Both the position numbers and the translations under genes were made by a program. Shown here one piece after another: positions 39,276-49,479 of a stretch of 64,000 nucleotides of DNA (within the stretch, counting starts at the first letter, position 1; each line of letters begins with the position of its first letter). The notes under the pieces are model-generated. The model was not told the DNA's origin, ran no database searches, and saw only the letters and a program-made list of their open reading frames with translations. The stretch is from an uncultured Thermoplasmata archaeon. Lineage in GTDB: Archaea > Thermoplasmatota > Thermoplasmata > UBA10834. Location of the stretch: positions 48,529 to 112,528 of the forward strand of contig CAVRDX010000002.1 of NCBI GenBank assembly GCA_963719945.1, read 5' to 3'.

Positions 39276-40310
39276 GTGAATGGAGACATTTCAGAGCTGT
39301 TGAACGAGAAAGAGGGATACGGTGACCATCGATATGGTGCCGTACTCGCAGTGGTTTTCGTATTGATCGTGGCAGTGCTCCTGTTGCTGGAGCTGAGGCA
39401 CGGTATAATTCCCATCCTGGATCTGACGGATATGGACGGGAACACCGAACGGCTCCTCATCGCGATAATCGCAATATCCGTCACATGGCTCGTGCTGCAT
39501 AACATGCGGTATCTCTTCGAGAAGATCACGATCCCAAAGGTCGGCAGCCATGCACAGGCGCGCTCGATGTGGAGACTCCTGAGCACGGCCATCTGGATAT
39601 TCGTCCTGATCACGCTCATGCTGACGCTCATAGGCGAGGTGAGCTCACTCATATTGTATGTCGGCTTGATAGGCGCAGCCCTCACATTGATTCTTCAGAA
39701 GCCTTTGCTGAACATAGGTGCATGGGCGCTCATAACCTATAGGCGTCTATACAGGATAGGCGACCGGATCGCAATCGGGGGCGTGAAGGGTTATGTCCTC
39801 GACATAACCGCGATGTACACCGAACTCAGAGAGTTCGGAGAGTGGATGAAGGGAGATACATTCACCGGAAGGATCGTCACGGTTCCGAACGGTTTGATCT
39901 TCGACCAGCCGCTGCACAACTACACCCGAGACTTCCCGTTCATCTGGGACGAGATAGTCAATCTGGTCACATATGAGAGCGACATCGATCTCGCGAAGAA
40001 GTACATGATCGACTCGGCCAAGGAGATCGTCGGCGAACTGATGGCAAAGAATTACGAACTTTACCGGAGGAAGCTCGAGATAAGGGATCTGGACCAGCTG
40101 CTCCTGAAGGAACCAGAATACAGGATGGAGTTCTCCGACTCGGGTGTGAACATATATGTACTCTACTTCTGCCCCGTCGAAACGCGCAGGAAGATAAAGA
40201 CACAGATCACCGAATTGATATGGAAGAGGTTCATGGCGGACCATAGAGTTGGAATCGCCTATCCGCATGTGCATATCATCGGAGACGTCAATCACGAACA
40301 TAAGACGTGA
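39276..40310 (+). CDS. Small-conductance mechanosensitive channel (MscS family)
   Basis: GAAL..ILQKPLLN, YRIGDRI..GG.KG.V, GRIVTVPN, NYT, GIAYP. Confidence 0.92.
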   Translation: MNGDISELLNEKEGYGDHRYGAVLAVVFVLIVAVLLLLELRHGIIPILDLTDMDGNTERLLIAIIAISVTWLVLHNMRYLFEKITIPKVGSHAQARSMWRLLSTAIWIFVLITLMLTLIGEVSSLILYVGLIGAALTLILQKPLLNIGAWALITYRRLYRIGDRIAIGGVKGYVLDITAMYTELREFGEWMKGDTFTGRIVTVPNGLIFDQPLHNYTRDFPFIWDEIVNLVTYESDIDLAKKYMIDSAKEIVGELMAKNYELYRRKLEIRDLDQLLLKEPEYRMEFSDSGVNIYVLYFCPVETRRKIKTQITELIWKRFMADHRVGIAYPHVHIIGDVNHEHKT

Positions 40311-40468
40311 TTTGGCAAACAATAATTCGAGTCCTTTGACAAAATTCGATTACGAATTTTTCTAACGAGAAGGATTCCAACATGAGATTTATATAGCATC
40401 GCGCAAATCTTTCCTGTCAGACCTCTATAGTGGAATGGTCAGTACAGCAATAGAGGAGGAAATGCGCA

Positions 40469-43400
40469 ATGCTATTCAGTTCGAGCAGGAGAATCAGGTT
40501 TAGCTGTTTTGTAGTTTTGATCGCCTTTGCCATGATGGCTCTGGCATTCACATCAACGATATCAGCCCGAGCGGAAGACGCGACATTGACATCCAATGAT
40601 GGATATGTCCATGTCGGTTGGTTGAGCGAGGTCGTCAACTGGAACCCGCTTGCCATCGAGATGGTGGAGGACTATGTTGTCTGCTATCTGATGTATAGTA
40701 CCCTCTTCACCTATGACGAGGATTGGAATGGACCTGTCCAGGATTTGGCGACAGGGTATTCCCAGACGATTGACAGCCAGACTGGCAAGATGACGACATA
40801 CATCGACATCACACATAACGCATACTTCAGAAGCTTGGTCAATCCCACGGACACATCCCGCCAATTGACCGCGGACGATGTCGCATACACATTGAATCTG
40901 ATAAAGAATAATCCATCTAGCTCATTTGACTGGTATCTATTAGAAGTTAGCAATATCACCGCTGTTAGCGACTTCACGGTCAGCATGGACACACCCTACG
41001 CCAAGGCGACCCTGTTCGATGATCTCGCAGGTATCCCCATCGTTCCGAAGTACATATGGGAGGGTCTCTCCAATCCGATCGGATCGCTGAACCCGGCAGA
41101 TCTCGTCGGCAGCGGACCATTCATGTTCGATTCATACACGAAAGGCTCGTGGTACAAGTTCAGCACGGCACCTAACTACCACGGAGCAATAGACTATGGT
41201 GCAGCCAGAACAGTGAACATTGAAGGGATACTGTACACGGTCTATACCTCGAGTGACGCACTGATTAATGGTGCAAACACTGGAGCGGAAGACTTTGTAG
41301 TCCTAACCGGGGACCTATATGGATATGTTGAGCACCTAGGGCAAGACGCAAGCGTGAATATCTTCAAGGCAGCTGTCCAGGAACCAGGCATATGTGACAT
41401 TGCAATCAATGCTATTCCGAACAGCTTCCGGGTTTCGACATATGGGAGTCACCATCCTGCATTGAATGATCCGAATGTGAGAAAGGCAATAATGATGACT
41501 CTGAACAAGGACTATATCACAAATACATCTTTGCAGGGACTGGCTACGATCGGTTCATCGGTGGTACAACCTGGATACTGGCAGGCACAGATCCAGGATC
41601 AATTGCCATATGATCCTTCCGCCGCCAAAGATTGGCTCATGAGCCACGGATGGAGCGCCGATGCAGATGGCGATGGCTACCTCGAAGCCATTCCAGGCAA
41701 TATCTACGGAGTCCCAGCTGGCACTGAGCTCAGCGGCATAAGATGCCAGGCGCCCGATACCGATCCGACCTATGGATTCATCACCCAGGCATGGAAAGGC
41801 TGGGCGGAGCTTGCAGGCATAGGATTCGACTCATCCACAGAGTCCGAGATCACAATGATCAATGTCGCCTGGTACAAGGCGGATTACGACATATGGGTCT
41901 GGCACTGGGGCTGGGGACCTGAGCCGTTGGGTGGTGCTCTGAGTGTCTGGCTGACCTCTGAGATAATAGCTGGTGGAGATAACTGCCAGATGCCGATGGG
42001 GCCGTGGTGGTATGATAAGACCAACTACACACTCGCACCATCAGAATGGGGCTTGACCGGACCGTATTCAGCTTACGATCAGAACTACAGCATTGCGATG
42101 GAGACACTGAACATCGCAGATAGGAAAGCGATTGTCGACAAACTCCAGCAATGGGTATACGATTCATACACCGAGAACCCGCCATACTACGATCTCGGCC
42201 TGTACGGATACACAGATGCTAGGTTCGATAACTGGGGAGATGTCGCTGGTCATTCCGGACTCAATGTGGCTTCGGACCTGCTGTGGATATGGTTCAACGT
42301 AAAGGAAGTGACCAACAGAGCTCCAGTCTACGATGTGGGACTCGAAGATAGTTATATCGGACATGTCGACCAGACATTCTCGTTCAACGTAACCGTTCAC
42401 GATGCTGAAGGAGATGATCTCGACGTAATATTCGATTACGGTGACGGCACAGCGCCGAGTGTCGTAACTCTCACAGGCGACACCACGGTGCCGACCGAGG
42501 CAACCGTGTATCATGAATACGGTTATGAGGGCGTGTACGATCTGACCGTCTCGATCACGGACAATTACGTGGATCCAGTCACTGGGCTCAGGGAGCCAAT
42601 AGTGAGAACATCCTTCGTCCAGGTTCTCGGAGACGTGAACCTGCCACCGGAGATAACCTTCTTCGATTTCGATACTCCGTCACCGGCGTATGTCGGCGAA
42701 GAGACCACCTGGACAGTTTCCGCATCCGATCTCGAATCGTTTGAATACGGGTTGACGGTTACCTGGGATTGGGATGATGGCACATATGACGTCTATCAGA
42801 TAGATCCATTCCCATCGAATCAGGTCGCAACCGTCGTGGCAACCCACACATGGGATTCAGCGGGCGAATACAATGTCATGGCAAGCGTCTGGGACAATTT
42901 CGACCTGCCGACCGGATACCACAATGTCTCGACCATCTTGTGGGGCTATACCATAACCATCAACCAGCCGCCGACCACACCGTACATCTATTCCATGGAC
43001 GCGGTGCCTGGTGTCCCATTGAGCTGCTATGCATACTCATCCGACCCAGATGGGGACGCTTTGAAGTTCACATGGAGCTGGGGAGACGGGACATATACTG
43101 TGGACATGAGGACACCCTCTGATCCATACTCTCGGGTCTATTCGATCGTTCAGCATACATGGGAAAATGCGGGCAACTACTCCGTCACCGTGTATGTCGA
43201 TGACGGTAACGGACATAATGTCTCCAGCAGTAGGATTGCGTTCGTGTACATGCCGATGAATCCGCCGCAGGCATATTTCTTTGTGTATCCGGGGATAGGC
43301 ACTACGGGAACGGTCTTCACTCTCGATCCATCATACAGCTATGATTACGAAGATCCGTACAGTGCGCTGGTGGGCAGATGGGACTTTGATTCTGACGGCA

Positions 43401-44128
43401 TCTGGGACACAGATTACGAAAGCCTTGAGGTGACGTATGTACAGTTCGACACGGTCGGGATCAAGAACATCTTGCTTGAGGTCATGGATACGACGGGTCT
43501 GATATCGACCTTCAACGAGACGGTTGCCGTAGACGACCTGCCGCCGGTAGCTGATGCGGGTCCGGATGCGTCGATTGCGGTTGGAACCACATTCTTCTTC
43601 GACGGGACCGGTTCGAGCGACGACCTCGGAATAACATACTACCGCTGGTCGTTTGTATACAATGGATACACACAATACCTCAGCGGAGCCATAACATCAT
43701 TCTACTTCGATGTCGAGGGAGTGTACGAAGTCACCCTGACGGTGTACGACCGCGCAGGAAGGACGGATTCTGACACGATGACCGTGGCGGTGTTCGGGTC
43801 GGTCGTCGTGGTGAAGAACCCGGGAAGCTCCAAGAACAGCGTGATGAGCTGGGCTTACACTCCGGAGGCGAACGGTGCCTGGATCGCTTGGATAGAGAAC
43901 CATGGACTCAGGTCTCTGACCATAGAGATATACGACACATCAGGAGGCCAGGAGACACTGGTCGCTGGGATGAAGATACGGTTCAACACATATGATGCGT
44001 ATCCGACGGGGATTGTGTGGACCAGCGCAGTTCCGATGGACATTGGCAGGGCGTATCAGATAGTCGTCTCTCCGCAGGGAAGCGACGGGACCTATGCGAT
44101 CCTGAACCAGGAGTTCATCGCATATTAG
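40469..44128 (+). CDS. Family-5 ABC substrate-binding protein fused to about 5 PKD/Ig-like domains
   Basis: Signal peptide, SBP motifs (LTADDVAYT, VGSGPF, VRKAI), then repeated DYGDG/WDWDDG/WSWGDG/WDFD.DG/PVADAG PKD units. Confidence 0.88.
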   Translation: MLFSSSRRIRFSCFVVLIAFAMMALAFTSTISARAEDATLTSNDGYVHVGWLSEVVNWNPLAIEMVEDYVVCYLMYSTLFTYDEDWNGPVQDLATGYSQTIDSQTGKMTTYIDITHNAYFRSLVNPTDTSRQLTADDVAYTLNLIKNNPSSSFDWYLLEVSNITAVSDFTVSMDTPYAKATLFDDLAGIPIVPKYIWEGLSNPIGSLNPADLVGSGPFMFDSYTKGSWYKFSTAPNYHGAIDYGAARTVNIEGILYTVYTSSDALINGANTGAEDFVVLTGDLYGYVEHLGQDASVNIFKAAVQEPGICDIAINAIPNSFRVSTYGSHHPALNDPNVRKAIMMTLNKDYITNTSLQGLATIGSSVVQPGYWQAQIQDQLPYDPSAAKDWLMSHGWSADADGDGYLEAIPGNIYGVPAGTELSGIRCQAPDTDPTYGFITQAWKGWAELAGIGFDSSTESEITMINVAWYKADYDIWVWHWGWGPEPLGGALSVWLTSEIIAGGDNCQMPMGPWWYDKTNYTLAPSEWGLTGPYSAYDQNYSIAMETLNIADRKAIVDKLQQWVYDSYTENPPYYDLGLYGYTDARFDNWGDVAGHSGLNVASDLLWIWFNVKEVTNRAPVYDVGLEDSYIGHVDQTFSFNVTVHDAEGDDLDVIFDYGDGTAPSVVTLTGDTTVPTEATVYHEYGYEGVYDLTVSITDNYVDPVTGLREPIVRTSFVQVLGDVNLPPEITFFDFDTPSPAYVGEETTWTVSASDLESFEYGLTVTWDWDDGTYDVYQIDPFPSNQVATVVATHTWDSAGEYNVMASVWDNFDLPTGYHNVSTILWGYTITINQPPTTPYIYSMDAVPGVPLSCYAYSSDPDGDALKFTWSWGDGTYTVDMRTPSDPYSRVYSIVQHTWENAGNYSVTVYVDDGNGHNVSSSRIAFVYMPMNPPQAYFFVYPGIGTTGTVFTLDPSYSYDYEDPYSALVGRWDFDSDGIWDTDYESLEVTYVQFDTVGIKNILLEVMDTTGLISTFNETVAVDDLPPVADAGPDASIAVGTTFFFDGTGSSDDLGITYYRWSFVYNGYTQYLSGAITSFYFDVEGVYEVTLTVYDRAGRTDSDTMTVAVFGSVVVVKNPGSSKNSVMSWAYTPEANGAWIAWIENHGLRSLTIEIYDTSGGQETLVAGMKIRFNTYDAYPTGIVWTSAVPMDIGRAYQIVVSPQGSDGTYAILNQEFIAY

Positions 44129-44202
44129 GTCAGCGCACTTTCGCAAACCCCTTACATCACTCTTTTATCTTCTAGAAACATACAGCGTCAGCCATTGATG
44201 CA

Positions 44203-44571
44203 ATGAAGGTGATGATCGTGCGAAGGTCCGATGTGAAGACGGATAAGGACATCATCGAGTATCTGAAGGATTGGCCCGAATTCGAGAGGAAGGTCTATGT
44301 CGCAGCCTTCAAGATACCGAAAGGGAAGGTTAGCACGTATCAAAGGGTTGCCAAGATGGCGGGCAACCCTAGGGCCTGCCGAGCGACAGCAAATGCACTG
44401 CACAAGAATCCGCTCTACCCGATCGTTCCTTGTCATAGAGTGGTCAGGGCCGATGGGAGCTTCGGAGGAGACGAGAAAAGGGCCGCTGGGAGAAGAAGAC
44501 ATGTCCAAGAGGAAGGTGTGCCGATCAAGAAGGGGAAGGTCGTCATGAACGACGACATCATTTTTGGATGA
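44203..44571 (+). CDS. ogt: Methylated-DNA--protein-cysteine methyltransferase (MGMT family)
   Basis: IPKGKVSTY..VA...GNP.ACRA.ANA..NP...VPCHRVV. Confidence 0.9.
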   Translation: MKVMIVRRSDVKTDKDIIEYLKDWPEFERKVYVAAFKIPKGKVSTYQRVAKMAGNPRACRATANALHKNPLYPIVPCHRVVRADGSFGGDEKRAAGRRRHVQEEGVPIKKGKVVMNDDIIFG

Positions 44572-44625
44572 CACCTTCAGAAAGAGTCATACGCCCCCTC
44601 ACGTATTAAGCAACGGTCATAATCC

Positions 44626-45438
44626 ATGAAATGCCCCTATTGCGGAACCGAGAACCTGAGTACAAGCAAGTCTTGCGCAAGGTGCGGCCGTCCGCTAGGG
44701 AGGATGGCCTCAGAGAAGAGGGAACCTGCCCGCGCAAGACCGCCCTTGCAGAGAGAATCGAGTCCGACCATGAATGACCGGCCCTTGAATCTGAACGTGA
44801 CGATTACTACAGAAGATGTCACCTCCAATTTGAAGAGGGCATATAAGAGAGGGGCGATGGATCATTCTACGAAGGTTCTAGATGGATTTCTGACGATCTT
44901 CGCATCCCTCCGGAAGAAGGATATAGACCTCAAAGGGCTGATGGAGAAGACCGCGAAGGCGATACAGCAGCAGTTCAGGATCAGATGGATATCAATCGGC
45001 CTCAAGAGCCCTGCGGACGGCAAGTTCAGGTACGAAGTCCTCGTCGGATTCAAGGAAGATGCCGCTGAAGCGAGGAAGAAGCAGGTGTTCGAACTAGCGG
45101 ACTTCTTCGAGGACAAGAAGTACAAGGGAAGGATGATCAGCGAATATACCAAGCTGTTCCTGGAAGAGGACCGACCGTATACGGAAGGCGCAGAGGTCAC
45201 GTTCAACAGGCCGATCCTGATCAATTCGAAGAGACGAGAGATAGATGATGCGCTCGAGGCGGACTATCTGGACGTGCATATCTATGGGATCAACAACGAG
45301 CTCAATGGATGGATAGAGATGTCCGGGACCATCATGGGCAAGTTGCCAGACACAGCTACCATCAGAGCGATAGAGATCATGTGCGACATAATCGGTCAGG
45401 CGATCCTGCGTTCGCAGAACAATCGTTATGGAAAATGA
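44626..45438 (+). CDS. Zinc-ribbon + GAF-like domain protein
   Basis: CPYCG..CARCG N-terminus; helix-beta-helix GAF-like pattern ending DYLDVHIYG..NELNGWIE.SG. Confidence 0.65.
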   Translation: MKCPYCGTENLSTSKSCARCGRPLGRMASEKREPARARPPLQRESSPTMNDRPLNLNVTITTEDVTSNLKRAYKRGAMDHSTKVLDGFLTIFASLRKKDIDLKGLMEKTAKAIQQQFRIRWISIGLKSPADGKFRYEVLVGFKEDAAEARKKQVFELADFFEDKKYKGRMISEYTKLFLEEDRPYTEGAEVTFNRPILINSKRREIDDALEADYLDVHIYGINNELNGWIEMSGTIMGKLPDTATIRAIEIMCDIIGQAILRSQNNRYGK

Positions 45439-45478
45439 ATTGAGATAAGAGGTTTGATCGTAGGCTCGTACTTGATAT

Positions 45479-46687
45479 TCAAGCGACGCCCCAGTATTCC
45501 TCGAGGAAGTCCCACCAGCCCATATGAGGGAATTCGAACTCCATGTACAAGTCGTACGAGGCGGCGCTCGCGACCGTGTACATCGAGTACGAAGGCGGGA
45601 ACAGTATCCCGATGCCCTGGTACCCTAGCTTTTCGCTGATTGGTGTGACTCCCATGCCCTTTATCACGTCAGAGAGCTCATCGAGCACTAGCTGGCAACC
45701 CGCATATACTGGAGAATTCTTGGGCACATGCTTCTGCAAGCTCTCGAGGAATGTCGGCAGGTCGATACGACCAGCAGATCGCGAACCCCATGGAGTCCTC
45801 GATTCGGCTTCGGCGGTGTTGATCGCGCTCTTGTACTGAGTGATATCAGTCGCGAGCATCGATGCGAGCACGTTCATCGAATTCGCAGCGTCCGCAATCT
45901 CACTGAGCTTGAAGACCGTCTGAGTCGTGAGAATCTCCGACATGAACGGCGAGACGCTGAACAACTTCGTGAACTCATCCACTATCACCAAGGACAGTTC
46001 TTCGGAATCCATATCCGGCTTTGCGGTGAGCCTCTCGAGAATCTTGTCATATGAGAACCCGCGCCAGCCGATATAGCTCTCACTCGCCACTACATAGTCA
46101 GTCTGCACGCCTCTTGCAGCATATTCATAGATGGTCTCGATCTGGCCGACGGAACACTCGTCCATGGCCATGACATCTACTTTCAATCCGTCGAGCGCTC
46201 CAATTAGCTCCTGATGGGTCAGCCAATCCCCACCTGCACTGCCGTCCTCCATCGTTTCGTCGTAGCCGACGCCGCTGACACCAGAACCGTGATCCCAGAA
46301 GAACAAACACATGTGCTCAGCGGCATAATTCTTGTTGCTGTACTCAATGAAAGACCGGAGAACAGATGGGTCACCCATGTTGAGTTCTCCATATTCTTCG
46401 AGGAGTACCAATTTACCAGGGTTCACCAGGTAGAGTTTGGTTTCTGTGTACAACCCATCGACTATGGTCAGTACGTTCACATCGTCTCCTGTCCCAACAG
46501 CCATGAGTTCATCGAGATCGGTCTGTATGTATGCATCCAGATTGTTGTCCGCCACGAGATAGACAAGGACCGACCATTTGGCAGGTGTCCGTTCACTCTC
46601 ATCCTCGGCAATGGCAAACCCAGCGAATGCCGATGCGGCGAATGCGATCGCAAGCAGTACGCAAGAAGTCCTCTTGATCACTGACAC
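45479..46687 (-). CDS. Secreted clostripain-family (C11) cysteine peptidase
   Basis: KWSVLVYLVADNNLD, ELNMGDP, WDHGSG, MDECSVG, ASE..GFSY. GTG start estimated. Confidence 0.92.
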   Translation of the reverse strand: MSVIKRTSCVLLAIAFAASAFAGFAIAEDESERTPAKWSVLVYLVADNNLDAYIQTDLDELMAVGTGDDVNVLTIVDGLYTETKLYLVNPGKLVLLEEYGELNMGDPSVLRSFIEYSNKNYAAEHMCLFFWDHGSGVSGVGYDETMEDGSAGGDWLTHQELIGALDGLKVDVMAMDECSVGQIETIYEYAARGVQTDYVVASESYIGWRGFSYDKILERLTAKPDMDSEELSLVIVDEFTKLFSVSPFMSEILTTQTVFKLSEIADAANSMNVLASMLATDITQYKSAINTAEAESRTPWGSRSAGRIDLPTFLESLQKHVPKNSPVYAGCQLVLDELSDVIKGMGVTPISEKLGYQGIGILFPPSYSMYTVASAASYDLYMEFEFPHMGWWDFLEEYWGVA

Positions 46688-47154
46688 TAGTTGTATCCCC
46701 CCTTTCCCCTTAGACTGGAACAAGTAAACGACAATCTGGGACTTAGCATCTTCGTCACTGACTATTTAAAACGGTGTGGTTCCGCCCATGCGTTCCTGAC
46801 GGCGACATATAACCAGACAGATGGTCGCAGCCGATGGACTGGAATCAGCAGATTCGGATCAGCAATCCGACTCGAGAAGGGATATCAGAGAATGAATCAG
46901 ACGGCTCCAGGAGCAAGGTTCGTTTCCAGTCATAAAGCAACTCTCGGCCCGAAGTTGCGGAATCCGTTTGGAAAGGCATATTATTCAATGATTTGGAACC
47001 TACTGGATTAGAAACATGCATTGGTCGAATAATGATGCGTCACTGATATGTATTACGATCATGATGGATGCGCAATAAACAAATCGATTGGTAGCAGTTT
47101 CATACATGACTTTACAAACATATGCAGAAGAATCATTGAATTGGGAGCCATTCT

Positions 47155-48219
47155 ATGGACGATATGCTGAAGCAGGAGATAGATAGGGCTGTCGAAGAAT
47201 CTGCCAGGAAGCTCTATCAGGTATCCATTCCACCCGTTCGAAGATGGTTGCTAGAGACTGTGATGGACAGGGATATGAATGATCCGAGTGTCCAGCACGC
47301 AATCGAAGAGAGTCGGAACTATCCATTTCTTGTAAGAATGATGGCGAAGCAGAGGAAGGACGGAACATGGCCGATCCCGAACCAGAGAAAGGCAGAGGAG
47401 GATGCTGGCCTCGGACCGCCATACGGATGGACATACATCACCATTGTCAGGAACCTCTACCTTGCCTACGAATATTGCGCGAGCGGCGATGACCCTCAAA
47501 TACAGGCTGCTATTGAACGCATACTGAGCTGGCAACATAAGGATGGATACATCAATGGGCCCGATCCCGATATGATACCGAGGCCGCATTACAACGGCAT
47601 TGTGCTCGGAACCCTGCACAAGTTTGGCTATGAGAACGACCCTCGCGCCAAGAAACTCGCTAACTGGCTATTGAAAACACAGAGGAAGGATGGAGGCTGG
47701 AACATACCTTATCTCCAGGACATGAGGTATAGACCAGAATACAGATCACTCAGGAACGATGAGTTCCTTGATTTGGTCAAGTCAGGGAAGACTCCCGAAT
47801 ACGACCCTAAGGATTACATGGACATACCGAGCTGCATATGGACCACTGCCGGTGTGAACAGGGGGCTTGCATGGCTGCGACCATTTGGCACGAACAAGGC
47901 TGCACACAGGGGAGGCGAGTTCGTCCTTGACAGGTTCTTCAAGCGCAACTACCACTCCAACTTCTATCAATCCGGCAAGAACTGGACCATGTTCAAGTTC
48001 CCAACGTATGCGGGTTCTGGAATGACCGTCCTTGATTCATTGCTCTATCTTGGCTTCGGCCCTGATGATGAGAGGATGGAGAAGCCCATCAAGTGGCTGC
48101 TGAGCGCCAGGAAGAAGGACGGGTTCTGGTACAGATCCCACCGACCGCATCCCATTGATGACCAGTGGCTCACGGTAAGCGCGCTGTTGATCATCCACCT
48201 ATACTCGTCTATGTACTAG
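47155..48219 (+). CDS. Prenyltransferase/terpene-cyclase-like alpha/alpha-barrel (QW-repeat) protein
   Basis: QRKDGTW, QHKDG, QRKDGGW, RKKDGFW repeats. Confidence 0.7.
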   Translation: MDDMLKQEIDRAVEESARKLYQVSIPPVRRWLLETVMDRDMNDPSVQHAIEESRNYPFLVRMMAKQRKDGTWPIPNQRKAEEDAGLGPPYGWTYITIVRNLYLAYEYCASGDDPQIQAAIERILSWQHKDGYINGPDPDMIPRPHYNGIVLGTLHKFGYENDPRAKKLANWLLKTQRKDGGWNIPYLQDMRYRPEYRSLRNDEFLDLVKSGKTPEYDPKDYMDIPSCIWTTAGVNRGLAWLRPFGTNKAAHRGGEFVLDRFFKRNYHSNFYQSGKNWTMFKFPTYAGSGMTVLDSLLYLGFGPDDERMEKPIKWLLSARKKDGFWYRSHRPHPIDDQWLTVSALLIIHLYSSMY

Positions 48220-48232
48220 CGTGAGGTGGAAT

Positions 48233-49303
48233 TCAGAGCTTGTACTCCTTGTACTCGCCCTCGCAGGGATTGCCCATGCACAGAAGCATCCTGAGCTTCG
48301 TCGTGTCGAATATGACTGCGAAGGTGGTCTTGGACCAATCGTGCTTGGGCTCCGTGGTGACAGGGTGCCTGCATATCGATGCCGGGCGGTTCACATGATC
48401 ACCCAGGATGCTCGCAAGCGATTCAATCGTTACATTACCTAGCTGAGAACGTATCAATCTCAGCGCCCGATGATATCTCACTATCGTGCTGGATGATTGA
48501 TACATCGTCCTCGAGCCTACCGGACCGAAGGCATTCTCATACCTGTGCATGTCCGGGGTCAAGAAGTGGTTCGCATGCACGAGATATCCGTCGACCGGAT
48601 AGAGTAATCCAAAATCAGTCGCTGAGGCTTCCACACTGTACATCTCGCCGCTCGAATGACAGATATTATGGTTGTAGCTCGATGCCCTGGCAGATGGCGT
48701 CGCATGCTCAAGTGCTTCCCCGATCCTAGTAGACCCCAGGATCTTCGGGGCCATCATCAGCTTTGGAATACCGATCCTCATATCATTCATGTATAGAGAA
48801 TTGCCAGTGAGGCTGATCCCGGCAGAGTTGATGCCGCTGATCCATTCGAGACCACCCATGGACATCACCATGAATCTGGGACCGGTCTTGGGTTTGCACT
48901 TGATCAGGACCAGCTGCTCCTCTGAACTCGGGGTCCAGTCCTCGCTATGGGCGGAATATACTGATCCGTCTGCGGTGACATCTCCATTGACAGCGATGTC
49001 AGTGCACTGACCGACCTCGTCCAGGCAGAACAAGTAGAATATCTCATCAAAAGGCACCTTTGCGGCCTCGGAATACGACCGTATGAATTCCAGGTACTCG
49101 GGATTGTAGTCCTCGACATATGGCACGTGCTTGCCCGCGTTCGCGATTACCTTCGACCAATCGAGAGAGCGCCTCTTGACACCATCCTTCGCATCGGCCA
49201 GCATCCCCTTCAGTTCCTGCTTGCAGCTCGCACCGAGCTTCTTGCCCATATTGGAATATGAACCCGATGCCTCGACAATCTTCAAGCGACGCCTATTCAC
49301 CAT
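48233..49303 (-). CDS. C45 family autoproteolytic Ntn-hydrolase/acyltransferase
   Basis: GS...MG..LG, E..QCTD (Ntn Cys), AHSEDW, GINSAG, VHANHF. Confidence 0.88.
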   Translation of the reverse strand: MVNRRRLKIVEASGSYSNMGKKLGASCKQELKGMLADAKDGVKRRSLDWSKVIANAGKHVPYVEDYNPEYLEFIRSYSEAAKVPFDEIFYLFCLDEVGQCTDIAVNGDVTADGSVYSAHSEDWTPSSEEQLVLIKCKPKTGPRFMVMSMGGLEWISGINSAGISLTGNSLYMNDMRIGIPKLMMAPKILGSTRIGEALEHATPSARASSYNHNICHSSGEMYSVEASATDFGLLYPVDGYLVHANHFLTPDMHRYENAFGPVGSRTMYQSSSTIVRYHRALRLIRSQLGNVTIESLASILGDHVNRPASICRHPVTTEPKHDWSKTTFAVIFDTTKLRMLLCMGNPCEGEYKEYKL

Positions 49304-49479
49304 GGTAACACCTTGGTATGAGCGACTAGTACACGCTCCTTCATAAAACATGCGTATGAAACGGGGTGAAAGTCATGTCAGGAAGACGATACCTATATAT
49401 GCTGGCAAGATTAACATTCGAAAAATGACGTGGCGCTCTGCGAATCGACCTGAGCAATCGTCGATAGGCAAGAACCACA

